From the human T2T-CHM13v2.0 reference genome, Homo sapiens, in the NCBI RefSeq assembly GCF_009914755.1, contig NC_060927.1: a DNA stretch of 64,000 nt. The stretch is one strand, 5' to 3'. Shown piece after piece: positions 15,091 through 27,400 of this stretch. The first letter of the stretch is position 1. Each line of letters starts with the position of its first letter. The position numbers were made by a program, and so were the translations under genes. Below the pieces are notes generated by a model, which searched no databases, was not told the origin of the DNA, and saw only the letters and a program-made list of their open reading frames with translations.

Positions 15091-15297
15091 GATTGTAAAT
15101 GCACCAATCAGCACTCTGTAAAAATGCACCAATCAGCGCTCTGTGTCTAGCTAAAGGTTTGTAAGTGCACCAATCAGCACTCTGTAAAATGGACGAATCA
15201 GCACTCTGTAAAATGGACCAATCAGCAGGATATGGGCGGGGCCAAATAAGGGAATAAAAGCTGGCCGCCTGAGCCAGTAGCAGCAACCTGCCTGGGT
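15091..15297 (+). mobile_element. LTR12 internal fragment (U3 enhancer repeats and core promoter only)
   Basis: gattgtaaatgcaccaatcagcactctg...gggcggggccaaataagggaataaaagctggcc...caacctgcctgggt; neither LTR terminus is present. Confidence 0.92.
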
Positions 15298-15356
15298 TTT
15301 ACATTATTGATGATTTTTCTACTGGATTTCAATATAGGGGGAGAGAGCTGACAGGG

Positions 15357-17422
15357 CTGTGCATTAGTGATAATTGCTATGTAAGAAATTACTCAAAATT
15401 TAGCAGCTTACAACAGTGAACATTTATTATCTCATAATTTTAAGGGTCAGAAACATCCCCGAAAGTCTCATCCCAATAGAGATTTCACTCACAGTCCAGC
15501 ATGTCATTATTTAAATTATGTTCAGGAGTAAATAAGTTTCCTCAAATAAAATCTGTAATTATTGCTCTTTGTTTACTGTTTCTTTAAATCTGTGCAACTG
15601 TGAAATAAAGAACATGTTAGCTGGTTCTAAACATTAAATGAGGGTCATAAAAACATTTTGTCCGGAATTGGTTCCTTCTTGTGGGTTCTTCATCTCGCTG
15701 ACTTCAAGAGTGAAGCCATGGACCTCCATGGTGAGTGTGACAGTTCTTAAAGATTGTGTGTCCAGAGTTTGCTCCGTCAAATGTTCAGATGTGTCCGGAG
15801 TTTCTTCCTTCCTGTGGGTTCGTGGTCTCGCTTGACTTCAGGAGTGAGGCCACAGACCTTTGCAGTGAGTGTTACAGCTCTTAGAGTTGGCATGTCCGGA
15901 GTTGTTTGTTCCTCCCGGTGGGTTTGTGGTCTTGCTGACTTCAGGAGTGAAGCCACAGACCTTCACAGTGAGTGTTACAGCTCATAAAGGTAGTGTGGAC
16001 CCAAAGAGTGAGCAGCAGCAAGACTTATTGTGAAGAGCGTAAGAACAAAGCTTCCACAGTGTGGAAGGGGACCTGAGCAGGTTGCTGCTGCTGGCTCAGG
16101 TGGCCAGCTTTTATTCCCTTATTTGGCCCTGCCCACATTCTGCTGACTGGTCCATTTTACAGAGCGCTGATTGGTCCATTTTACAGAGTGCTCATCGGTC
16201 TGTTTTTACAGCATGCTGATTGGTGCATTTACAAACCTTTAGCTAGGCACAGAGTGCTGATTGGTGCGTTTTTACAGAGTGCTGATTAGTGCGTTTACAA
16301 TCTTTTAGCTAGACACAGAGCTCTGATTGGTGAAGTTTTACAGAGTGCTGATTGGTGCATTTACAATCCTTTAGCTAGGCAGAAAAGTTCTCCAAGTCCC
16401 CACCGGGCCCAGAAGCCAAGCCGGCTTCACCTCTCAATATCACTGGTCCATATCAATTTTTAAATTGGGGCAAAAAAAGAATGTTGGAATTTTTCTGATT
16501 AGCTCTTATTATCAAGAAATAATTTTCCATGGCTCTCAGTTACTCTCTCTCTTGATTTCCCCCTCTGAGCAAACTTTCCTTTTTCAAGAAAGGTAGCTCT
16601 GGTTTTCAAATGATTAGTTTTCTCAGTTTGCTTGGTGCCAACAGAAGTTGGAGATAACTTCTGCTTTTTTTTTTTTTCATTTTGTACTGTATCTTCCCTT
16701 ATCAGTCCAAGCTGACAGTGTTTCTTCCAATATAATTTTCTCAAAACTTCATGAACTTCCTATGTATATCACAGGCATTATCCCATTAGACAAAAGCTAT
16801 AACCACAAATCTTTTCACAATAAGCTTTTAGCTCCTTGTAGTCCACATTGCTTGAGTGAGGGAATATATGAGTCAGAAATTTGGCTTCATCTCTAGACCA
16901 GACTGTCTGTCAGTGCCCTAAGTTTTAAATTTGTTCAGAAGGCATTTCTTAATTTTATCGTCTTCGCCATTTGGAAATTCTGAGAATTTTTAAAACCAAA
17001 AAATTATATTTTTTTAAAAAGTCCTTTACTCAATTTCTTTCTCTCTTCTCACATTTTACTAAAAGCAGCAAGAATAAACTAGGCTACACCATAAATACTT
17101 TGTTTATAAGTATCCTTAACTATTACAACAAATGCTTTGGTTAAATTTTCTACTGTCCACATTATTGTAGACAATAGTGGTGCTAAGCTTTTTGTTCTGC
17201 AAAGTAAGGATACTTTCTCCATTTCCAGTAACATGTTACTTTCTTTTCAGTTATCACCAGCATACAGAAAGTCCATATTTCTCATCTATCCAATGCAATT
17301 TATAATTTCTCAAATATCCTCCTTAAAATCCTTACAGCTTTTACTCACTACCCAGATCCAAAACCACGCCTACATTTTTCAGTATTTATTAAGGCAGCTT
17401 CCTACTTTCAGATACAAAAATC
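15357..17422 (-). mobile_element. MLT1 LTR remnant (~15357-15460) plus MLT1-int internal sequence, split by LTR12
   Basis: cattagtgataattgctatgtaagaaattactcaaaatttagcagctt (LTR end); internal-like cagtccaagctgacagtgtttc...cccattagacaaaagc...ccacgcctacatttttcagtatttatt adjoining the LTR at 17423. Confidence 0.6.
15657..16436 (-). mobile_element. LTR12 (ERV9/HERV9) solo LTR, inverted relative to the copy at 14182
   Basis: Reverse strand TGAGAGGTGAAGCCGGC...ccaattccggaca; eight U3 repeat units; TSD ACAT (15653-15656) / ATAT (16437-16440). Confidence 0.95.
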
Positions 17423-18157
17423 TGCATTATTTATCTACTGCTATATAACAAATATTCCAAAATTTGGTGTCTTAAAACAACAAACTTTTTCTTAATTCTC
17501 ACTATTCCCATGGGTAAGAAATTAAGTCATGGCCTGCTTGAGCACCTCTTTCATGAAATTTAAACAGAGTCTTTTATAAAACTGCAATCAAGGCATTGGT
17601 CTAGGCTATAGTAATCTCAAATCTCAACTGAGGAAGATTTTACTTCCAAACTCACTCATATAGCTGTCGGTAGGCTTCAGATTTTTAAGGTATTTAGCCA
17701 GAGACATTAGTTCCTTGCCATATGGGCCACTCTATAGGGTAACTGACAACATGACAACTGGCTGACCTCAAAGCAAGTGAAGAAGAAAGCAACAGATTAG
17801 GAGAGGACACTCAACATAGAAGCCCCAGTCTTTATATAATGCAAACACAGAGGTGAGCTTTCATCATATCTGTCATATATTATTCATTAGAAGTAATTTC
17901 AACTCATATTTGAAAGCATTCTCCTACCTCAGTCTCCTGAGTAGCTAGGATTACAGGCATGAACCACCACGCCTAGCTAATTTCTGTGTTTTTAGTAGAG
18001 ACGGGTTTTCACCATGTTAGCCAGGCTGGTCTCAAATTCTTGACCTTGTGATCTGCCTGCCTTGGCCTCCCAAAGTGCTGGGATTACAGGTGTGAGACAC
18101 CACACCTGGCCAAATGTGGGGAGTTTTGGAGGCCATTATAGAGGCAGCCTACTGCAG
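17423..18157 (-). mobile_element. MLT1F-like MaLR LTR interrupted by a truncated Alu
   Basis: Reverse strand starts TGCAGTAGGCTGCCTCTATAATGGCCTCC; tacttccaaactcactcatatagctg, ttccttgccatatgggcc. Confidence 0.75.
17914..18111 (-). mobile_element. AluS (Sg-like), 3'-truncated, no poly(A) tail
   Basis: Left arm complete to ...cctggcc at 18111; right arm stops at aagcattctcc. Confidence 0.9.
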
Positions 18158-18245
18158 ACATGGAAGAAGATTGGGAATTGGTTTAACTCTATTTTCAAAA
18201 AACGTAATAGGATGCAGACAGATATCTAAATGTTCAATAGACTTG

Positions 18246-18804
18246 TGTAATAGGCATAATAATGACCCTAAGAAGGTATCCATATCCTAATCCATAGAAC
18301 CTGCAAATATGTTACCCTATATGACAAAGCGGAATTAAGTCTGCAGATGGAATTAAGTTTGCTTATCAACACACTTAAAATGGGGAGAGTATCTTGGATT
18401 ATCCAGGTGGGCCCAATGTAATCACAGGGGTCTTTAAAAGTGGAAAATGGAGGTATAAAAGGAGAGTCAGAGAAAGAGCTATGGCAATGCAATCATGGTC
18501 AGTGAGATGCTATGTTGCTGGCTTTGAAGAAGGAGAAAAGGGACCACCAGGCCAAAAAATAAATAAATGCAGATAGTCTCTATACATACTGGAAAATTCA
18601 AGGAAAAGGATTCTCTGCTAGAATTTCCAGAAAGCCATGCGGCCCTGCCAATACCTTGATTTTAGTGCAGTAAACCTGTGTTGGAGTTTTAACGTAAAGC
18701 ATTATAAAGGTACTAACCTAAAGAATTAGAAGGCTACTAAATTTGTGTTATTTGAAGCCACTAAATTTGTGGTCATTTGTTATCACAACATAGAAAACTC
18801 ATAC
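18246..18804 (+). mobile_element. MLT1D-like MaLR solo LTR
   Basis: tgtaataggcataataatgaccc...atcctaatcc...ggattatccaggtgggcccaatgtaatcacagggg...aagccactaaatttgtggtcatttgtta. Confidence 0.85.
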
Positions 18805-19046
18805 GGTTTATATTTAGACATGTACTCTACTGAGAGAAAAGAAAACTAAAAATCTACAAAGTTCAAATTGGCTTGTGCATTTAGAAGATGAGTGTATAGT
18901 AAAAGATCATTAAGGTGTTTAACAGTAATACTGAAAACATTAGGAGGGTAGAGAATTATTTTTTAATACTGCAGCAAATCTTATTTCATCAAGACAGTGA
19001 GATGGACTGTCATATATGTAAACATTAGATAGGCAGATAGATAGAT

Positions 19047-21254
19047 GGATAAGGTTTGAATATTTTGTCGCCTTCTAATCTCAAGTTGAAATGTGACCTC
19101 CAATGTTGTAGAAGGACCTAGTGGGAGGTGTTTGGGGCACTGGGGTGGCTCCTTCATAAATGGTTTGGTGCTATATCACAGTAATGAGTAAGTTCTCACA
19201 CTATGAATTCACATGAGATCTAGTGGTTTAGAACAGCCTGATACCTCCTCCTTCTCTGTCTTGCTCCCTCTCTCACCATGTGACACACCATCTCCCCTTT
19301 ACCTTCTGCCATGAGTGTAAGCTTTCTGATTCCCACACAAGAAGCAGATTCTGGCACTATGCTTTGTCTACAGCCTGCAGAACCATGAGCCAAATAAACC
19401 TCTTTTATTTGTAAATTACCCAGTCTTAGGTACTCCTTTATAGCCATGCAAACAAACTAATACAGAAAACTGGTATCAAGAAGTGCGGTATATGGTATGT
19501 TATTATTGCCATAACGATACTTGAAAATGTGGAAGCATTGGAACTGGGTAACGGGCAGAGGTTGGAAGAGTTTGGGGGTTCTCAAAAGAATACAGGAAAA
19601 TAAGAGGAATTTTAGAACCTCTTAGAGACTGGATAAATGGTTGTGACCAAAATGCTGATAGAAATATGAGCAGTAAATACCAGGCTGACGAAGTCTCAGA
19701 TGGAAATGAGAAACTTACTGGGAACTGGAGCAAATTTGCGCTTGTAACATCTTAGCAAATAACTTGGATACATTGTGTCCACATCTTAGGGCTCTGTGAA
19801 AGGTTGAACTTAAGAGTGCTGACTTAGGGTATCTGGCAGAGGAAATTCCTAAGCTGCAGAGCATTCAAGATATGCCATGGTTGCTTCTATCAGCCTAAAT
19901 TAGATATGGGAGCAAAGAATTACTTAAAGTTGGAATTTTTAATTTAAAGGGAATCAAAGCATAAAAACTTGTAGCCTGACCCCACAGTAGAGAAGGAAAA
20001 AGCACTTTCAGGAGAATCCAAGAGGGCTATGGAGCAACTACTTGCTAGAGAGATTTGCATTACTAAAAGGGAACCACATAGTGTTAAGCCTTCAGGTACA
20101 CAGAATGCAAGGGTGAAAGAAGCTTAGCAGCTTCTACCTGGATTTCAGAGGATGTATTTCAAAGCCTGGGTCCCTAGGCAGAAGACTGTCACAGGAGCAG
20201 AGCCCTTGCAGAGAGAGTCTACTAGGACAGTGCCAAGGGAAAATGTGGGATTGGTGCCCCCACACAAAGTCTCTACCAGGGCACTGCTTAGCCAAGCTGT
20301 GGGAAGGGGGCTGCCACTCTCCAGACCTCAGAATGGTACAGCCACCAGTAGCTTGCACACTGAGCCTTGAAAAGTCCCAGGCACTTAACTCCAACCCATG
20401 CGAACAGCCACAGGTCCTTTACCCTGCAATGCCACAAGAGTGAAGTTCCCCAAAGTATTGTGAGCTCACTTCTTGTATCAATATGTTCTGGATGTGGGAC
20501 AAGGAGTCAAATGAAATTATTCTGAGCTTTAAGGTTTAATGATTGCGCTGCTGGGTTTCAGATTTGCATGATGCCTATTGTCCTTTTCTTTAGGTTTATT
20601 TCTCCCTTTGGGAAAGAAAATGTTTACCCAATGCCTGTACCACCATTGTATCCTAATGTAAATAGCTCGTTTTTTATTTTATAGGTTCATAGGTGGAAAG
20701 AACTTGCTTTGTGTCTCAGAGGAAACTTTGACCTTTGAAATTCTGTGTAATGCTGAAATGAGTTAAGACTTTGGGGGACTGTTGGGAAGGGATGGTTGTA
20801 TTTTGGAATGTGAGGAGGATATGAGATTTGGGTGGTTAGGAGCAAAAAGATATGATTTGGATGCTTTGTCTTCTCCAAATCTCCTGTTGACATGTGACCT
20901 CTAGTGTTGGAAGTAGGCCTAGTGGGAGGTGTTTGGGTCATGGGGGCAGATCCCTCATGAAAGGCTTGGTGATGCCTTCACAGTAATAAGTGAGTTCTCC
21001 CTCTGTGAGTTCATACAAGTTCTGGTTGTTTAAAGGAGCCTTCCACCTCCTCCCTCTCTTGCTCCCTCTCTCACCATGTGACACGCTGGTTCCTCTTTGC
21101 CTTCCACCATGATTGTAAGCTTCTCAAGGCCCTCACGAGAAGCAGATGCTGGAACTATGCTTTGTGTAAAGCCCATCGGCCCATAAGGCAAATACATCTG
21201 TTTTCTTTATAAATTACTCAGTCTCTGGTACTTCTTTATAATAATGCAAATGGA
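19047..21254 (+). mobile_element. Near full-length MSTB-type MaLR provirus: 5' LTR 19047-19464, MST-int 19465-20847, 3' LTR 20848-21254
   Basis: Two direct LTR copies (cctagtgggaggtgtttggg, ccctctctcaccatgtgacac, taaattac.cagtct) flank a typical MST internal sequence (gaaaatgtggaagc...ggaactgggtaacgggcagaggttggaagagtttg). Confidence 0.92.
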
Positions 21255-21440
21255 TATATATATATAGGTATATATATAGGTGTATGTGTATATATATATA
21301 TATAGGTATATATATATGTATGTGTATATATATATATATGTATGTGTATATATATATATGCCCACATTATGTGTATATGTGTGTAGTATATACACACACA
21401 TACATACATATATATGTAGCACATACACATACACACACAT
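21255..21440. repeat. Compound (TA)n/(TG)n/(CA)n microsatellite
   Basis: Seen directly. Confidence 0.95.
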
Positions 21441-21744
21441 AGGAAATAACTGCATCCACTTGAAAAATATAGGCTCATAGTTAAGATTGAAAATCTACTT
21501 TTAACAAAGCAGAAATGTATGTATAGACTGTTCAACACTGTTCGGTGTCAAAATTAGATAAAAGGCTTTTCTGGGGGATTTTCGTGTTTCTTTTTTTTTT
21601 TTTTTTTTTTAGCGTTTTCTGTAATTGAGAGCTTTTGCCTAATCTCAAAGGGTTTTCTGAGTAGTTTTACAGACCAGCTATAATCTTTCAAAATAGCCAT
21701 TACTTTCTCTCCTTTTCAAAATGTTTTTTCCTACTCTACTTCCT

Positions 21745-22110
21745 CTTTCAGATTATGGTGATTCTATCTACCTATGCATGTAACATGGAAAACAGTCTCC
21801 TTAACTCTTCCCTCTCCTCATCATTCATATCTAATTTATCACGGAGCATTGTTTATGCTTCTAAATATCGTCAGCAACTTCACCCACAAAGATACATTTT
21901 CCTCTGCACGCTTTTTATGTCATTATAGTTCAGATTCACATAATCATTTTCCTGAACTATAATCTAAACTCGGAATTCATTTTCTAATCTATATTTTTCC
22001 CGTCACCTCTTGTGCTTCCTCCTATGCTTTGTCCTCACTACAATCTAAGTTCTCTCTGTAAAAGGCAAATCTGATCAAAACTTCCTTTCTAAAGTTTTCA
22101 TTGATGTTTT
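21745..22110 (+). mobile_element. L2 fragment
   Basis: ccttaactcttccctctcctc...catatctaatttatcac; aaaaggcaaatctgatca. Confidence 0.45.
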
Positions 22111-22399
22111 TAAATCATCTGGAGCAATTTGGGAGCCTCATAAAACAACTTAAAATATGACATTTTATATATAAACATGCATGTTAACTTACTATTTTGT
22201 CAGTTATAATGTAAAATGTAAACACTTCCCTTCACTATTGCACATCATTTTGTAAAAGAAAGAAATTGTTGAATCAAAGTAGAAATAACAAGATCTCAGA
22301 ATATAGAATATTCTCCAAGTGAAAACACAATATACTTTCAGAGATATGTATATAAACAGAAAGACAGAAAATAGAAACAGAGAGAAGACAGGAAGGACA

Positions 22400-22902
<503 letters not shown>

Positions 22903-23299
22903 TCAAAGCTCCTCTTTTCTAAAGTTACAGATATGTTACTCTCAGCAATTCTGTATAGCTATTTCTTACCCTTTCACTTCCTCTACTCTAAATGAATCTG
23001 CCTTGGAGTCATCCAATCACTTTATTATGTAAATTTAATTTATATTTTTCTCATTTCACTTCTTCTCTGATCAACAAACCTGAAAAGTTATTTTTGATAT
23101 ATCTATACATGTAGAAGTTTGGGATGAAGTGAGAGGATATGAGAAATAGAGAATCTAAATATGGAAAATGTTTCTCATCACAAATTGTTTTATTGATAGA
23201 AATTTGTAAGTTTTGAAACTAATATTTAAAATCTCTTTAAAAACTTCATTGTATCCTGTTACTATTTTGACACTGTCAAAAATCTTGGGCCAGAAATTA

Positions 23300-23350
23300 T
23301 TAGATTGGTTTGAAAGTAATGTCAGTTTTTGCCATTACTTTAATGGCAAA
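23300..23350. mobile_element. MADE1 (Mariner MITE), partial
   Basis: ttagattggtttgaaagtaatgtcagtttttgccattactttaatggcaaa matches the first ~50 nt of the MADE1 palindrome. Confidence 0.75.
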
Positions 23351-24405
23351 TATCTTTAATATCTGGAGCTGCACAGTTCTGGCACCTGATTTGCTAATGA
23401 GGAGCTTTCCAGAATTTATATGAAAGAGGATCAGGACCAAGAATTTTGATGAGCAGCAAAGGGGCTCACAAGCATTTCTCTCTGATTGTAAAGGAGGGTG
23501 AGAATGCACCTTTGGTACTTTTTTTGAAGCTACATTTGCATATCAAGCACAGTTTTATCACTTATGCTTATTTGAGAAGGCTTTCCCGAAGGATTAAAGC
23601 GTTGGTGCAGTCCTCTGCCGAATCTGTTATTTGTAAGAAAATGTGCTATGAAAACCACTGATTTTTAGAAAAAGATCCAAAATCATTGGTATGAAATTCA
23701 GTCTTTCATAATTCTATTATGCCACCTTTCTTTCCTCAATCATTTTTACTGCATTCACAATATTTCAGACGTAATCTCTGCTACCAGAAAATGCTATGCT
23801 CTTTGTTGCAGCTTGACTTTTGTATTGTGTTGCCTTTGTTCGAAAAGCTCTTGATGTTAACCCACGTTATCTAGTTACCTTAAATGTAGCACTATCCATG
23901 TTGTAATTTAATTACACATAATTATTTATGGTCTTTCTCTTCCCTGGAGTGTGGGTTCCATTTGTGTTATACTTCTGTCAAAAGTGCTTCACACACAATT
24001 ACAACATGAAAAAACCCTTGTCAGAGTAGAATATCTCAAAATGCCTTTGCCTTCAACCTTATTTGAAGAGTTTCTGGTAGATTTAGCCTGGTTGTTTATG
24101 TAATGGTGCAGTGAAGTGTGGTTTGCTAGTCTACGGTGCTAATTATTCCTGGCTAGTTGTTTACCTAAAAAGCTATGACAATTAATAATGGTGACTTGAA
24201 AGCTCATTTCTCAGTATGCGCATTGACATGCAAATTTTTCATAATTATTTCTAGTCACCCAGTTAATTAAATAGTGAAGACATAAACTTTATTTCTGCAG
24301 AATTCTGTAAAATACTTTATCTCAATATTGATTTACTTCTATTTCTCAATGCAAGTATTGCTTTCCTCTATTTCAAAATCAACAAATCTAACTGGGTTTT
24401 ATGGT

Positions 24406-25193
<788 letters not shown>

Positions 25194-26304
25194 TTTTGAA
25201 AATTTCAACCCTCCCCCTACCCACACACATATCTCCAATGCCATTACTGATTTGTGTTTCTCCATAGTATTGATCATACTCTAAAATACTCCATATATGA
25301 TTCATTCATCTTGTTCTGTCTCCCAAGATAGAATGTAATGAGGTTGTAGGTAGCATTTTCCATAATGGAAATCTAGGTCAAATAATAATAAAGTCAAACA
25401 TATTAAAATACATGATACTTCCTGAATAGTAAAAAAGAAAGGATTATTATTACTTTCAGTTTGCTCCGATATAAAAGTGAGGTGCCACATTTTTGTTATT
25501 AGCACCGAATCCCTACAAAATTCTCTCTTTAAAATAACATGGTTAAGGTTAGTGAGAAAAAAATTAAATGAAATAAAAGGCAGATTGTTCAGTTAGTGAG
25601 GGAAATAAATAGTTATATGGGATAGCAGGTTCTAAATGTGGTACTTAGAATCCATAAGGTAGTCAACTTATCACTGTCAAACTTGATATTTCATGGAACG
25701 GAAACGAACATAAGCTCTTGATATTTCCAACTGGGAACGATCTACAAAGACGCCTGTAAATGAGGCAAGAAAGCACAAAATAAATCAGCAAGTATTCATG
25801 CACTGATAAGGACACCACAGTTTTACAAGAATTTTATTGATGAATGACAGAAATTTATTATATTTTTATAAGCCATTCAATTAAATAAGACAAAATATTT
25901 GTGATGTAAAATAAAGACATTTAAAAGAATAACTGGTGTACTAAAGTTTTATTAACCTATATGAAAATCCTAGTGCATTCTGTGAAACTTACTTTTCCTC
26001 ATTACTAGAGATGTAATGTCAAACATTTTTACTTTGCCAGATAAATTTAATTTATTTTGCAATTGAATTGTATAGTGGCAATGGATATCTATTGGAGGAT
26101 AATATCAATTACTACAAATAAAATTGTAATGTGCATTTTATATTAAAAATAAACCTACATTACTTAAATAAGAGAGCTATTAAAACAGTAGACAATATTA
26201 TTCCATAATTCTTTTGTTTTCTTTGTCCAAAATGAAATTCAGTGCTCACTATCATATTTAAATGATCAACACAATTGGATAATATTAATATTAAAATAAA
26301 TATT

Positions 26305-26380
26305 TCTCACACACACATACATACACACACATACACATATGCCATGCAAACATGTACATATATACACATACACACACACC
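26305..26380. repeat. Degenerate (CA)n repeat
   Basis: Seen directly. Confidence 0.85.
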
Positions 26381-27400
26381 CTTTTAGTGAATATTAAAGT
26401 TATCTAAACTATTTTTTTCCAAAAATGTCTACCTTTATAGTTTTAAATCTAGGACAATTGAATAGAAGTATTATAATATCTTCTGCTATTTTTAAAGAAT
26501 ATAAAGTGCATATGGAATTCTTAGAAAACTCCAAATTAGTATGGAAAATTCTACTTCATTTTTATCTTTTATTATAAAGAAAATGTAAATTTATATTCCA
26601 AGATTCAGTAAAGCCTTCAGCCTATTTTTGGACTTTCTAATCAAAACTAATACATCGACAAAACACGTGCTCTCACAAATAAGAGTAATGTTACAGCTTC
26701 TACAATTTTAGATATTTGATTTCATGAATATGTATGACTGATCAAAACTTTAAAATGTACATTTTAAAGCATTTACCTGAATCTCCATAGGAACTGGTAA
26801 AAAAAAGTTGTGGAATAAAACTGGTTTTTATTTTTAAAAAAGGACATTTAAAACTACTATAGCACGGTAGCAATTCTGTGATAAAACCGTGTAGATTTTA
26901 CAAATTACCAAATAAGCCACCACTGGTAATTGGACCTTGTACCAAGTATCTTTAATACAATAAACTTTGTTTTGTCTGCTGTGATTAAACAGATAAATAT
27001 AATATTTACTTTCTACTATCTAATTGTTAGCCATTGCTAATGATCTAAAATGTTTTGAGTATTAATTATACAACACAAATGTCCTTAGCTGGAGCTTATC
27101 TTATAGATTACAAGTTTATATGCCTACCACATATTTTGACTTGATGCTTACAGCATTTCAAAGTCAAGATAAATGAACCAAAGGACCCTCTACAGCCCCA
27201 ACCTGTTGTTCTTTCAGTGTTGTTTATCAATAGATATTAATGGATCATATATGATATGCTAGTTATTGTTTTAGGCACTTGTAATACATCAGTGAACCAA
27301 ATGGAAGAAAATTACTGTCTTCATGGAACTTATATTCTAGAGATCTATCTATTGAACAGAACATTTGAACATCAACTTTGATTCTGCTATCCTCTCTCCC

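Noticed and set aside
14182-16436. The LTR12 pair as a deleted ERV9 provirus or a composite transposon
   Set aside because: The LTRs are inverted, have separate TSDs and enclose no PBS/gag/pol sequence
20134-20443. ORFs inside MST-int
   Set aside because: Fragmented remnants of the MaLR internal ORF, with stops and frameshifts
21207-21538. Tyr/Ile/Val-rich ORFs
   Set aside because: Translation of a TA/TG/CA microsatellite
23300-23350. miR-548 gene
   Set aside because: The MADE1 right arm is missing, leaving a stem too short for a pre-miRNA
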